This document shows, piece by piece, positions 28,245 through 42,715 of a stretch of 64,000 nt of DNA (position 1 is its first letter; every line of letters starts with the position of its first letter). A program made the position numbers and the translations under genes. The stretch spans positions 188,535 to 252,534 of the forward strand of contig NMRA01000528.1 in the NCBI GenBank assembly GCA_002633005.1, read 5' to 3'. The notes under the pieces are model-generated. The model did no database searches. It worked only from the letters and a program-made list of their open reading frames with translations, and had not been told where the DNA came from. This DNA is from Phoronis australis (Eukaryota > Animalia > Phoronida).

Positions 28245-29947
28245 GTAAGAGTTGTGTGTGAATTAGAAATCTGAAGTTGTTAATTTTTATTGAATTTCGA
28301 ATATTAAGTGCCAAGAATAATGTACACAGATACACTACATTATGTCAGATCTTCTTTCTTTCACTGGCCGTGGGTTCTATCTAACTTTCTCCTTGCTCTG
28401 ATTAAGAGTAAGTTCTGGTATGACAGAAACCACTTCTAATATGACAAAGGAGCAATTTGAGACTAAAAAGTTAAAAGCACCAAATCCGATTTTTGATAGA
28501 TAACTGGTTTACAACACTTCTTAGACAATGCCGTATTCAGTGTAATAGCCAGCTGATGTTATTGCGATCAGGCACAATTAATGTGCTATGAACGCGGTCC
28601 TGGAAATTCCGTTTAGGACGCGTCTAATTAAGGAGCGGGTAAATGACCGATACAAAAACCGTGTTGCGGAAAATTAACATGTGGAAATCTTGTTTGAAAA
28701 TTACGCATGGGTATACAAATAATCTAAAAAACATGTCACAGTTTCAGGTTCATTCTCAATCTAGTTGCTTGTAAATAAATATTCCAACCATGGATATAAC
28801 TAAATCAAGGACGTTTCAGAAATCTCGCGAGAAACCAAACGTCAATGCATACGAGCCAATTGCAGGTCTCGCGAGGGTTGCTCTGATGGTTGTCCGGGGA
28901 GCGGTTAGTTTGTACGCGTGATTGTTGCATACGAATAAGGGAAGTTTTTCTCTGGAGAGTTGGCGTTTGCAAATTGTGATTGGTGTTATTAGATTAGGAA
29001 AAGTTTGTCTGGAAAATTCACACATACGAACTCAACAAACCGCTTAATAGAGCAACTAAACTAAGTTATCATTTGACGCATCTTTATCGAGACTTCCTCT
29101 GACGTGAGAAGACCAGCCTATCTGAATGAAATCATTTTTTTTCAGTTAGGATGCCCATTACGATGAAAATTTCAATAGCCCTGCAATGTCGAAGAAGAAC
29201 AATCTTTGTTTCAAACACCTCCAACATACTTGCAAATCTAATCACCTTTGTTAACATTTGGGATTATGCACGGGCATTTCACGAATGAAAATTTAATTCG
29301 TGACAATTGATGAAATTGGAATGCATGATCCGCAAAAACACTCAACTACCCAAAAATAATGAAGACATCCTATGACATGCATGTTTGATAGAAGCAATTA
29401 TATTCAAGTAATCAATTCCCCTTTCAATATTCATTGGCTGGCCTGCAGTCCTACTGAGAACCCGTGTATTAGAAACAGATTTCTCGTGGGTAAAAACCAA
29501 AGATTTCTTTTTGTACAAATAAATCCGGATTTACATATTATTAGTGTAAAGTAATTTAGCTCGGCGTTTAGCTTGTTAAGCCCACTAGGGACTATTACGT
29601 ACAAGGTTTTGTTTTAGAACAGCGAACGAAATTTATGCTTTTCTTAATGAAACCAAAGGAGAAATTGCAGTGCGGTTGACATTCAGTAAACCAATTCGTG
29701 ATTCTAAAATTAAGAAAATAATATGAGTGACCCAGCAGTGTGAGCCAAAAAAAAATTTGATACAAAACTGAGTGAGAGTGAGTCTCTGAGATTTGAATAA
29801 TATTAATTTTGATCGCTGCACTTATGATGTGCGTACAATTATTTCCGTTTTACAAAAAGTACAAAGAACTTTATCAATTCTAATTGTCCAAGATTTTATT
29901 TAATAGACCAATTGGTATTTGACAGTGATGTTGACCATCCAGATATC

Positions 29948-30050
29948 TTGCTAATTAGCAACATCCAATCAAATCTTCTAGCTCATTAGAGTCTCCAATC
30001 AAATCCATTTACTCATTAGAATCATCCAATCAAATCTATTTGCTAATTAT
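29948..30050 (+). repeat. About 3.5 copies of a 30-31 bp minisatellite in Gfi1 intron 3
   Basis: CCAATCAAATC at 29965, 29995 and 30026, each preceded by a CTAATTAG/CTCATTAG motif. Confidence 0.8.
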
Positions 30051-32988
30051 CGCCACTCTGCGTGTGTAATCTTTTGACATTAAGTGCGACTACTGTTTAT
30101 AATTGCCTCCTAATCTTTTTATCCCGTCCTATTGAGATTTCTAAGTTTATAGTAAATTCGAAGTTCGTTAGTTATTGTTATTCGTACGTCAGTTCTAATT
30201 TCGCTGATTTAAGCCGATTCACCATGGAGGGAGTTATGTTTTTCATTTCGATGATAACTCCGTAGGAAGGCAGACAGGTTGATTATAGTGGACACATCGA
30301 AACATTTCCGTCGACAATAGGACTAGAAATTGTTTTAATTTCGAAAAAAGACACTACGAAACATTAAAAACAACACTTGGAGAAAAAATTCTCGATGATA
30401 CACTGTACTGAGAAAACCTGTCACCTATTGTTTGAAAATCAGTCACTGAAATTCGGCAGCCATTGAAAAATTAGTTCATCCTTGTTTGAACAGAAAGATA
30501 GATTGTTAGCAACGGTAAATGTATTCTGTGGCAATCATTTGATGCATTTAACTGTAAAGCGAATATGATTGATAGCCCGATTTTGATGTATGGGATTTTC
30601 ACAATCGCCTCTGAATAACTGTGGCCGGCAGATGATGTTTTTCAAATTGACTTATCTCGCGGTATAATTAAATTTGAACGATTATCACTTCGTTGTTTTG
30701 CTGACGATTGCGGTCCCAGTTTCAACAGCATTGTAATGATAACGCTTGCGGCTGCATTTGTGGAGCAGACGAAATCAGGTGTTTAGCGCCGAAAAGAAAA
30801 CAATGTAATTCACTCATTGAAACGATATTTGGACCATGCTTGAGAAGTCGTCTCGGATTATCTGTCATATAGACCACCTCTGGTATCTTCGTACACGTTA
30901 AATTCCCCACGTTGGCGAATGCTATCTACGCATGCGCGAACGTCGTTCGTGACTGCGAGAAAAATCTTAAAAAACGAACTGCTAAGGATTAAAACTTTAA
31001 ACTCTAATCAATCCACTTAGTGTCGACAAATTTTCCCTTTGAAGTAATCAGTAAACTCACAGAGTAACCTAGTGTTGTAATCGTCGAATAAAATACAAAA
31101 ACCGGTTTTCAAAGACGGTGCTGAATGGATATTTGAGCTATATTGAAAAACGAAGCGTTCAGAATAATAAAAAACAACGACGGATGGTTAATTGTTTCTT
31201 CAGCTAAGTCTTTTTGCTGGGCAGGTCATAAGTAACTACATGGGTTGTTAAACTGGAAACAAAACCATCAACCGTTGGTATTACGATGAAACATCTGGCA
31301 TCATCATTGTGTGGACGCGGGACACAGTTTCGACCCAAATGAACAATGACAAGCAATCGTTAAAAGTAATCAAAACACAGGCCCAATGATACGGTTAGTA
31401 GCGGTCTGTCAACTCCTGAATTGATCTTTTATTAAGAGTCAACACCAGCTGACGGAAAAACAAATACGCCACCATTCGGTGTAATTGTATGCGCTGTCAA
31501 TACTCAAACGACAGAGTGATTTAGATTTTACTTTCAACAGAGATCAGTGGCTAGGTGAATAGAGTCGATAATCATCGATAGCGACAATAAACAAAATGAT
31601 CGATCTCAGTCAACTCGTTTCTGATCGTTGACAGCTGTCCGTCGTCTCGGGATTCTCGAGTAGTATTTGTCTAAACACGTTTCTTTCTTTACCCTGTTGA
31701 CATAATCCGGTTACGTCTAATAGAATAAACACGACGGACAATTATTGATTGGAGTTAACTCCGAAACAAACATTTCAAAGCGTAATTCGGTGGCCACATC
31801 CCAAACATCCAACCTGTGAATTACGCTGCTAGATTATTAAAGCCAAACAATAGAATCTGAATGTTCAAATCGAAAATGACATTGGGTACAAGTTCTCTTG
31901 TCAGTATTAATTTAATAAACTGGAGTTGGTACACTTGTCTTAAAACGCTTACGTAATTGTACTTGATAGCAATGGTAAAACAATAAGTTGTGTGCAAATT
32001 TTAGGTCTTTTTCACAGGATTGCGTTTTAAGTTTAAAAATGCTTTCAAAAATTTTTCTTTCAATTAAAGACATTTTCATAACGTTTTCCCGTGCCCGCGA
32101 ATTCGTTAAGACAACCGAAAATGTACTAACGCTATGCATTTGCAAAAAGTTACTTGCAAGTTTCAATTGTCAGTTTCTAGGAAGATTCAATTGTATTGTT
32201 TATTTAAATTTGGAATTTAATGTTACAAAGTTACAATGCTGTTAAATGATGTCTGGATTTGTATTTTTTTGTGATCGTTGTAAGGCACACGTGCAATTGT
32301 TACGGTCAGGTAGTACACTTTACGGTCGTTTGACCACATTATTAATAGCAGTTTATGCGTCATCACATCACCTGTTTCTGGCTCTGATTTCGCGCGCAAT
32401 CTGTGAATTGTCGTCTGGCCTTTTGAAGTGTCGTCTGCGCCTTTGTCATATTCTTTATTTATCGTGCTTAGTACTTAAAATGAATCTCTCCATTCAGCTG
32501 TTGAAAACAGAACTTGATTTATTGCTTGCAGTTCTGAATGGCCAGCCTTGTTTGCGCGGGAATTTGAGAACAAAATGCCCACATTCAAATGACGCGGACC
32601 CTGTTGTTAGTGAAAGGAAGGGGCGCTTTAGTTATCTGCACACAAACACCAATATATACCTACAAACTTACACAAAGACGAATGACAGAGACAACTAGAA
32701 TTAATTTTTGAAACGTAATAACGCAAATAAATAAATAAAAAGTAGGCGGCCAGAGCATAAGAACTGAAGAAACAGAGAATTGACGAGGACTGGCTATACC
32801 AAACGGCACAAATCGCTGCAGGTGGATAACTCGTTCTAAACTGTGCTAAAGTGATTACCATACCGGGATCTGGTCTACTTTTTGTCCCAAAAATGACACG
32901 AGACGTTTCAAAGCTCTCTGTCGTTAGCACTATTTTCGTATTTCAAAGTGCTTGGAATAGGCTATGTTGTTTTGCATACACTGTATAA

Positions 32989-33243
<255 letters not shown>

Positions 33244-34581
33244 GGCGTTCCACAATGCCTCCGGCTCAATCACTAATGGTGTAGGACGGAAGTTTTTTTC
33301 AGAGGAGTGAAATCTGAAATACTCATTTTTACAATCACTTCAAGATATTCATGTTTACGGCTACCTGTTGCTACGCGTACAATAGAATGGTGTGTTTCAA
33401 AAAGACCAAATTGTTGTTCTATTTCAGGTCCATATTTTTGAACACCTGCGTTTTATTTGCGGAGTAATATTGCAAAAAGATTAGCAAAGCATATGTAAAT
33501 ATAGAATCTTTATTTCTTCCATGGCGATTCTCCTGTTATACACGATTTTAATTATGTGATTGATGCAATTTGTTAGTTGTTACTCTCAAATTAAGTTTCC
33601 TTGTGGAGTCCTTTTTGTTTAGGCACTAGGGGTCGTTGCAATCAGCCAACACTGTGCAATATTAAGATGCCTCGTCTATAATACAAATGAATGTTATTCA
33701 CGTTATTTTGAACACACTTACATGTTAAAGCTTTTTCGTAAAATGTAACTTTAGGATAGCCAAATGCCAATGGCGTGCTTTGAAGGGTTGACGGTAGAAT
33801 GTAGACTCGTGTGGGGTGAAACGCTTATAAAAGTACTGTTATGTCTAATGCACTTTCAACAATCACGTAAATGTTTCACGTTGGAAGATGCGAGCTGGAA
33901 TGAAGATCTGTTTGAAGATGGTAAATTTGTAGCTATTGGCCTACCTTGCTGGAACCAGATCTGTTTTTTAACAAATGTTGGTTAGCAAATTTTATAACCG
34001 TACCTGAAATGCTGAAAGAATTGTAGTCTTGGTCTGTTTTGATTTATTTTGTATTACATTTATTTATGTACGGTAAATTCCGGGTGACATTGATTGTATT
34101 ATAGAACTTCCGTTACGCATGTTGTAAATGACGGACCTGTTACGGATTCATGTATGTTGAGCAAAGTGTATGCCACACTTCATCCCTATCGGTCAAGGGT
34201 TGAAATTACGTGAAAACTCTTTTGTTACGCGGCAAACTTTTTAATCATAGCCGTCAAATATGGGCAACGTTCTAATGTTGAGAACCATAAAAACGTTAAC
34301 TCTTCAGTGAAAGAAATCACTGCGTGCCTTTTCGGGTAAACTCCCAAACAAAATTTTACAGAAATCCCTATAAAACGAGGATGCTTATATGTAATTACGT
34401 CATCGCGTACTAATTTTCAAGTTTCTCAATTCTAAAAACCGAACGGTTCTCAAGAAACGTTAAAGCGCATATTGAGTTCCTGTTGTAAATTCTGTGTTTA
34501 CAGGTTGTAGACACACAATGCTGGTTTGGCTATTTGTTTGAGCACCACTGGAATGTTATTTTGTTTTACCATATTTGAAAC

Positions 34582-34587
34582 AATAAA
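34582..34587 (+). terminator. Candidate polyadenylation signal of the Gfi1-like mRNA
   Basis: AATAAA about 1.3 kb after the stop, followed by a T-rich tract (atcttttcatttgtttttcc). An alternative AATAAA lies at 35044. Confidence 0.4.
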
Positions 34588-36030
34588 TAACTAATGAATA
34601 TACAATATCTTTTCATTTGTTTTTCCAATGACCACTTTTTCGAACAATGAACACTCATGTGAAACAACATGTGTCATAAAATTTGTAACATTAATCCTGT
34701 TGCTCGAAGTGTAAACAACTACAGTACGCAGCAAGAATGCATGAGGAAGACTAAGCAAAACGCGCAACCAGGTAACGCCTAGAAATCGTTTAACGAGTGC
34801 AGCTTCCGGTTAGATAAATGAATCATCGTAGAAGTAACAAAACAGTAACCAGTTTATATTTATTTGAACAGGTCATGCAGACGTAAATGCTTATGCCAAA
34901 ACACAACATCAATATGATGCGCACTCTATTTTTGTAAGTCTTTGGATTCAGCTGGATACTGTTGCATCAGTCAATTCTGAAATGTGTAAATTTGAAAAAA
35001 AGTTCGAATAGTCATTGTACACTTCATTTTTACATCTGATTTCAATAAATACAATATTTATTTATAACTTAAAGCTGCATTTCAGGGTTTAGAGGGCTAA
35101 AACGAAAATTGAATTACGACTTTTACTCTCAGAATATGTGCAGAAAACATTCCTTACCACAATAAAATATATCCTATTTTTTATAAACAAGATCATGAAT
35201 GCCATCAGCGACTGAGGAAAACGCTTCATTTTTGTTGACCAACCCTAAAAGTGCAGATTTGAAAATGGCGTCTGTGACTGGTGTTGCAGATCGAATGACC
35301 GTGGCAATGTTTTTAAACCCCAAAGCGCTTCCGGTGAAACAAATCAACATTGGTAGCCAAACAGTGGCACAATGCTGCTTTACGTTTATAAACGTTAAAG
35401 TCGTTTCACCGGAGCGTATCCCAACAAATCTATCTTTTTCTGCAGATTGGCAACGGAGGCGCTAAGGTACCGTTTCAATGCTGACCTGAAGAGAGTGAGA
35501 ATTTGGCTGATGTCCACAAATCAGTTCACAACCAAAAATATCAGGTAGACATGTCATCGGGCATATCGATTTATTGGTGTTCAATAGGGTGTGATTTAAG
35601 TATCAGGCAGACGTGTCATATTAGCTGACGCCATGGGTAATCAATAATTTTACGAGGGAACTAAACGTAGTACCAGTGATACAACATGTCTTGGCAATTT
35701 ACTGAGAGATCTGAAAAAGAAAAACGCTAGTTTATAATACCAAACTGACGCAAATAGCAAAGTCTTATTGGAAGGATTTTGTAGTCAACCATGCGTTCAA
35801 CGATTTATTATTTATTATTGCTAACATGGCCTGTTATCAGAGGTATTCCGACACATTCGATGGATTTTTCCGTTTTGAGATTCACGTCGCATGCTCTATT
35901 GAAATTCGAACTCGCTCAGATAAGAATTACATATAAGGGATAATTTGAGGCCGCAAGGCCTACCGGCCCGATATTTCGACTAGATCACACGTTATGTGAT
36001 TCAGACGAATTTGCATAGCGGACTCAGTCA

Positions 36031-36366
36031 TCGATCAAAACAATATGTTTGCTCTGCGAATCGGGCAAATTAGAGTATTTCAATTGTCGCGTCAGTAATC
36101 CATGTCGTCGATTCGTGATGATTTTGGCTTCGAATATACCCCTGAGGACAAACTGTTTAATAACTACATTGCTTTGGAATCTGTATTTTGCGTCGATCAA
36201 AACAATATGTTTATTCTACGAATCGAGCACACTAGGGCATTTGAATTGTCACGTAAGTAATCCATGTCGTCAATTCGTGATGCTTTTGGGTTCGAGTATA
36301 CTCCGTATCACAAAATCCTCGCACGCTATTTTTAAAAACTACATTGCTTTGGAATCCGTATTTTGC
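36031..36366 (+). repeat. Diverged 162-bp tandem duplication
   Basis: TCGATCAAAACAATATGTTT...AACTACATTGCTTTGGAATC(T/C)GTATTTTGC begins at 36031 and again at 36193. Confidence 0.9.
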
Positions 36367-36762
36367 CCCTAGTTTAGTCACTTCCAACTACAATCATTTC
36401 GTAGGTCATTTAAATTGTCTCCATGTTGATATCGGCTCCACTGTAGAAAAGCTTTCTGTTACTCTACTATGCAATATCTGAGAGACAAACTGGCGTATTC
36501 AATGCGTTTCCGGGAAAATCTAAAACATTGCAACATATTGGAACAAACTGCGTCAAAAACAGCTCCGATTGTTGTAATCGGACGATGTGTAAACTATCAA
36601 TATTGCACCCAATAGCACTGCGTAAGAGTATTGAATATCGATTATTGAACGGTGAGTTGAGAACAGCTTGTTTTGATTACTTGTTACATGGCTTTTCAGT
36701 TGTTGAGTTTTGATTTACCACCGTTTCCCATGCGACGGCCATTGTACCAGATACAGACGGTA

Positions 36763-36904
36763 CATGGGCGGTGCAGCACTGGAAAAAATGAGGAGGCTAT
36801 AGCCCCCAGTCCCCCTGTGGTGCAGCGCTCATAGACCAAGGGCGGCGCAACACTAAAAAAGTGGGGGCTATGGCTCCCCAGACCCTTATGGCGGGCCGCC
36901 CATG
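36763..36904. mobile_element. Head-to-tail dimer of the same CATGGGC MITE
   Basis: Units 36763-36833 and 36837-36904, each similar to 59754-59827. Outer flanks CGGTA and CGTTA. Confidence 0.7.
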
Positions 36905-39900
36905 CGTTAGATGGCAGAACGAGATAATGATCACACGATCTCAAAGCCATGGGTGTTGCATTCTCTCAGCCATTGGCAATGGACATTTATCGGTCTTCAG
37001 TTCGCGTTATCGAACGGGCTTTACACGGGAGGTCGAGAAGGTGGCTAGGAGACGGCTACGGCCGCCCCGTCTCTAAGGGCTGCTGGTCATCATTTCAGTG
37101 ACGTACCACCTCCAGATTTTCAGGCCGCACAGAAACGTTGTTACCCACGCCACAAAACATTTGTCAACTGTATTACAAAAGTGTGCACGATAGTACGTGG
37201 ACCAACAATTACGTATATTCTAAATGGAAAAAATTGTGATTGTACGCACAAGCCGTGACGTCTCTATTTACTAGCGGAGCCTAGTGGTTTACTTCTTATA
37301 AGTACGTCGTCAGTTAATCGTGGTCGTTTGTTGTCTGGTTGCTCAACCACACAGGCAAAATATAAACAAAATATAAAAACCTGAGCTCCCACTAGCTCCA
37401 AACACCCAAAAGAAAACCTTGGGAGTTGTTTAAGAAGCAAAACACATAAATTCTTTAAAATTTAGGAAAACGCCATTTCCTTTTTCTCGACATACCGGTG
37501 ATAGTTCATCATATTTCAGAGGAGGCTTTGGGCTAAGTTCTATTTAAAATTATGTCTTCAAATATCCATTGGCTAGTGTTCTAGTGTTCTTTATCTATTT
37601 TTTACAAAACGTTTCAGGTGAATCTTTTCCAACAATAGTGAGCTTCTGTCCTAACGCGAAACCCGACTGTCATAGTTCATCGGTAACGTTGAATAAGCGT
37701 AATGAGCCGCCTTCGCTGCTCCGACGAGACGCTGCTATTTTTTAAACAGAGTGTGTACATTTTGTCGGGATCTGGATCGGCAATTTTGCCGAATTCACAT
37801 TCATGTTTAAAAATTTTGAATGCTTATACAACGTTAAGAGCTTAAATGAGTTAAGCTCACATTAATATTCCAGAAATAACCCCAAGATCTACTCAAAATC
37901 TAGCTAACACTTCAACAGCAGTTTACATGGAACACAAAATCTCTGGACCATCTTATTCAAGCATGCTGTCGTCTATGAAAATGCGGCCAAAGAATCAGTT
38001 TCATCTTCTACATGGAACAGGTACATTAAAGGGGTGTGGTGGTTGTTTTTATACAATTATAAGGTCAAATTTTTAAAGTTTCGTCTTAAGTTCTAATATT
38101 TCCAAAATTTTGATTGTAAAATGCAAATTCTATGGCAAAATAATTTTTCGACGTGTTTTAGAAGTCATATGCCACCTCTAAATAATGCACCAACCCTGCT
38201 ACAAATGTAACGAAAAGGTTCCTTACGCAGAAGTCTGGTTGCCTAGACGCAACCATACAATTAATCTATAACGCAACCGCGCTAAAACTATAGCCATTCG
38301 AGTAAGCAGAAGATCACAATAGGTATAAAGACTTTATCAACAGACCTTCCCAAATAATATAGTATTGCTGTTACTGTTACATAAAAATTATTAATATTTT
38401 TCAAAAGTGTAATTAATTGAAGCTTACGTTCAAATCAATGAGGCCGGTTTGTCTAAATGCATTGAACACACTTAAGGCATGTTAAAAAGTTTGTATGCGC
38501 TATAAACATGGGCCAAAACTGTATACCCCTCTCTCAAGAATGGGCTGTATATAAACACTATATCCCTATGTCTCGCTCAACCAACGGCCCTTTTAAGGGC
38601 CAGTTAACACTTCCCAAAAGAACTGCTCACTTGAGAACGTTTCATACATACATACGATATGCCAGTAAGTTCGGTCCCGTGGCACACTTTTAATCCAAAT
38701 GAAATCACAATAATCAACTTCTGAAAGAAAGATGTTAAACGCTGTATTTTATGTCAATAATCTATATAATTTGTGCACGAATACGCTTTTGTAATGTTGA
38801 TCGTACATCCACCCTGACTCCCAAACTGTTCGAAGTAAGCTGACAACAAAATCAGTCAGCGCGAGAGTTTGAATTTTGCAATTGCTCCACCTGTAGCATT
38901 ACCAAAAAGTACTCAAGATACCAAGAGTTCTACAAAAGGAACGGTGTTTCAAGGCCTAAATTATTTTCGTTTAGTTAAGCAGGCAAATATGTGCAAGCAA
39001 TATTCCGTGCCAATGCATTAACCGGAAGCCGGGTATACGATTTCAGAGTTGCGTCACCTCTGGGATATGTCGGAGTTGTGAATCTGTATTACCTGTGATT
39101 ATACCGTTCACTTGAGACGCTGTAACCAGACTACCAATATTCTCGGATGTTCTGTTTCGCAGCTAGACAGGTCTCCTGTCTGTTCTGCCGCCTTACGACA
39201 TGGCCGGCCATTCTCAGCGCCCTCCTCTCGTTACCACATTTCATTTTTGTGAGTTGAAGGTACTTTCTCATCAACTACAATTCACTTTTTACTCATTCGA
39301 TATATTCAGTTTCAAGACAACCGGTCTTCCACTTTTTCAAATAAACGACATTACGCAGTACACATACGACGCTCAAATGTCTCCTGCTCATTTTTTGAGG
39401 ACAAAGACTCATTTATAGATTTTTATTTGTTAATGAAACACTAAAGTTTTAACATTTGCGATGAGAATCTTTCCACGCTCATGGTTGCAATGTTAGTATC
39501 AGCGTCCTTTGCTGTCAATTTCTTGTGCAGAACGAAATCTCGCACTGCGGCCGGAAACGAAAACCCAAAACCAACCTCAAACTCACTCTAGGACATAAAA
39601 ACGTTAATCTATTTTTTCAAGAATATTAGTTCTGCAAGTCTTTTTTTAAATTTTATTCTACGTCGATTTCGGTTTTGATAACGAATAAAGCGCCCTCTAT
39701 CCATGAAATAAGTCAACCCCGATTATATAGATCTTACAAAATGATTTCAATGAGCAAAAAATAGAATTTAAGTTGGTTAGAAAAGAACTGCAGCTTAGAA
39801 CGCCCACGGGGGCCGTAAGAGGGGAACGTTGGCAGCCTTGAGTAATTAGACACTCTTATTATTCCAATGAGTTTGGATAAAATTTCCCTCTTCACCCAAC

Positions 39901-40297
39901 AAGATGGCTTTATTGTGGTGGTGGAACCCACAGTTGGCGAAGAAAATGCACCGTTAGAAGCGTGTAATGAAGCGCCCCCTATCGGTTACGCTTTTGTAGC
40001 TTAGAAACTGATCGCTACGACAGCCGTTCTTTAAGATTGGGAAAGGTCTCAGATTTACATTTAAAATATACAGTGGGCAGTTTTTGAACTGTCCTGCTAA
40101 CCAAATTGATCGTTCATGACCCAGTCTTCACTTTCTGCTGACGATATGTTTTTGTGTTTTCGTCGGCTTGTTTTCCGTTTGCATTTTTTCATTCTGTCGT
40201 ACCTGTAGTTAAATCTGTGAATATTACAGGTGTTGTGTTGTGAATATCCGAATGTAATGTTTTTGGGTAGGTGTATTTGTATTATGTCAGTGAAACT

Positions 40298-40506
40298 AAC
40301 AAACGAGAGCGCTCGGAGGAGCGACACTTGGCGGAACTAATCGAAAAGACGACGATGAGGGAGACGACGACAATCAAGACGATCAAGGCGTTAATTATGA
40401 ATAACACGATAACACGATAACATTCATGTGACTAGCGAAGAAATCAAATAGAGAGCNCTTGCTGTCAAAGCAACATACTTGGCGGAAGAATTCCGCCAAG
40501 TAAAAA
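40298..40506 (+). mobile_element. HINE/Helentron-like non-autonomous element
   Basis: ACTTGGCGGAA at 40326 and 40477. Perfect terminal hairpin TACTTGGCGGAA-GAA-TTCCGCCAAGTA (40476-40502) followed by As. GAC/ACACGATA simple repeats inside. Confidence 0.5.
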
Positions 40507-42715
40507 GAAAACTGTTGCCTCCCAAAAGGTACTAAGTTTTACTCCAACTACATTAATTCGCCTGGTCGTAGTTCTCTCGGCCACCGATGTGGGGGGCTCT
40601 GAAAAAATATATAAGTGTGATGTACGCTCTAAAACTGATTATTGACGTAGCATTATCGGCAAGAGAAGTGATTTTTCTAGGTCAGCCTATGCCTGGAAGC
40701 CCCAAGTGGTCGGAGTTTAACGTTCTACTTGTGGAGTGAAACCACACTCGATAAACGACGGCCTATTTTATGCGTATTTAACTTAGTCAAGTCACTAACC
40801 TTACTTTCTGGCACACAACAGCGAGAATTGTCGGTTTGTAATAAAATCGCGAAAGCACAAGGGGATATGGAGTTTTGTAGTTCCGGTCAAAGCTGTTCAC
40901 TGACAGAAGTCTCATCTCGTCCAATAACAATCCTAAACTGTTTTTTTCGGGCGAAAAAGCTGAAAATTCACAGTTGGCACTTTTTCTCTGGTCACTACTT
41001 AAATCGTGAATTTTACGTGAACAAAGCCATGTACTGATTGTGCTCTAGTCGCTTCTTTATGTTTTTGCGATTAACATGGTCATGGTTGGACAAACATGTG
41101 ACTGTGTTACATTTTGTTTCTGCCTATACTTCATGATTAGACCAATACTTGAGATTTGATCATTCAGGTGATCTGTAGTGGACTATTATTCATTTACACT
41201 ATGCGTCTGAGGACGGCGCTGCGTAACTATTAATCACAGGCAGGGTTTTACTCGACTATACGAGACGAAATGTCTGACAGTGGAAAGCCGGTCAAGAAAA
41301 GGGGACGTTCGTCTAAGTTAACAGACTCAGTTAGAAAGAAAAGAAGGCAAGACTTGCAGCTGAAAGTTAATAAACGACGCATTTATTTGGGTACAGGGCA
41401 CGGTCGCTGGGAACCTCTTCGTGAACTACATGTATAGGTCGCTAATTCCGAGATTCCTAAACGATAGCTTGATGCGTAAGTATTTGTTCCGTCCTGCTTT
41501 ATATACTTCGGTAGTTATCAGGACATTACGCTGTCCCAGCACTTTAAAATCATCTCGATCCAATAAAGTAATGGTCCGAGAACTCACTGAGAAAGTGAAG
41601 AGTGTGAAAGTTAAATTCAGACATACATTCACCGAGTTGCCTTGTCTGTTGACATTAGCTATGCCTGTTTTAAGATTACACCTACCTGTCTCCATAGATT
41701 GACGACTCGCTTAATTTTTTTCAGTTGATAATTCTGGAAACACTAAGAGAAATTACAAAGCTTTAGTACTTTGAGATAGTAACATCGTCTCAACTGACCG
41801 CAGTAGAGACGGCAGTAGTCCAATAAGCCTTCCATATGCAGGAAGCTTTTTGGCGAATTGTGCCGCATTGATTAGACCATCAATGTCGAAACAGGTGATC
41901 ACCAGAGTTTGCTAGTGCTTGAAACTTGGCCGCCAGGGTTGTACCACTCATGCCTGTACAAAATAGTATTGTAGAAGAACAAAGAAACATATCAGAAAGA
42001 AATCTTGATTACCAAAGTATTTGTTCGATTTGGAAGGAACTAAAGAGATAGACATCCTCCTAAGGTGACCATGTCTATGTTATAAAGGTACTTAAGGCAG
42101 CATGACTTTGATGGTTTAGTGTGTCTGAGGTACGAGTTGCCGAAAGGCTTCTTGCTGCCCCTAGAAGACCATCTGTGCTACCAGTTATGGCCTAGTTCAG
42201 ACAGCAATTCTCTTTCAGTGGCAAGTCGTGCATTTTGTTAGATTTAGCACTTACAAAGTAGGTACAAAGTTTGTAGCCTTGTTTATCTTGTTGTACCTTA
42301 TTTGCAGACCTATGTATATTGACATAAAGTGGTATTATAATCTGAGAGATCAAGAGGCCTGCCTTCTTGAAAGATAATATGCAACATCTGGAAGAAAATC
42401 CACTGCCAAAAACCCATTAATAAAAATTTCGCTACAAAGGTTTACAAAGTAAAAGTACAAACTTTTGTTGATGTATTTTCAAAATTAAAAAATACAACAA
42501 TTGAGGATAATTTTTGGTTAAAATTCCAATTCACAACAGAAATTAGGTAATGAATTGCACTCACAATGTTTGTGACGGTGATTTATGTAGTTTGGTTATT
42601 ATCGAGGCGAATTGTACCACCTGTATGCTTTGACAGCTGTACCCGTAGTTAATAACTAGGTTATTGTAATTTCATTTTTGCACTGTAGGTATGAAGTGGC
42701 ACAAAGTGAAAGACT

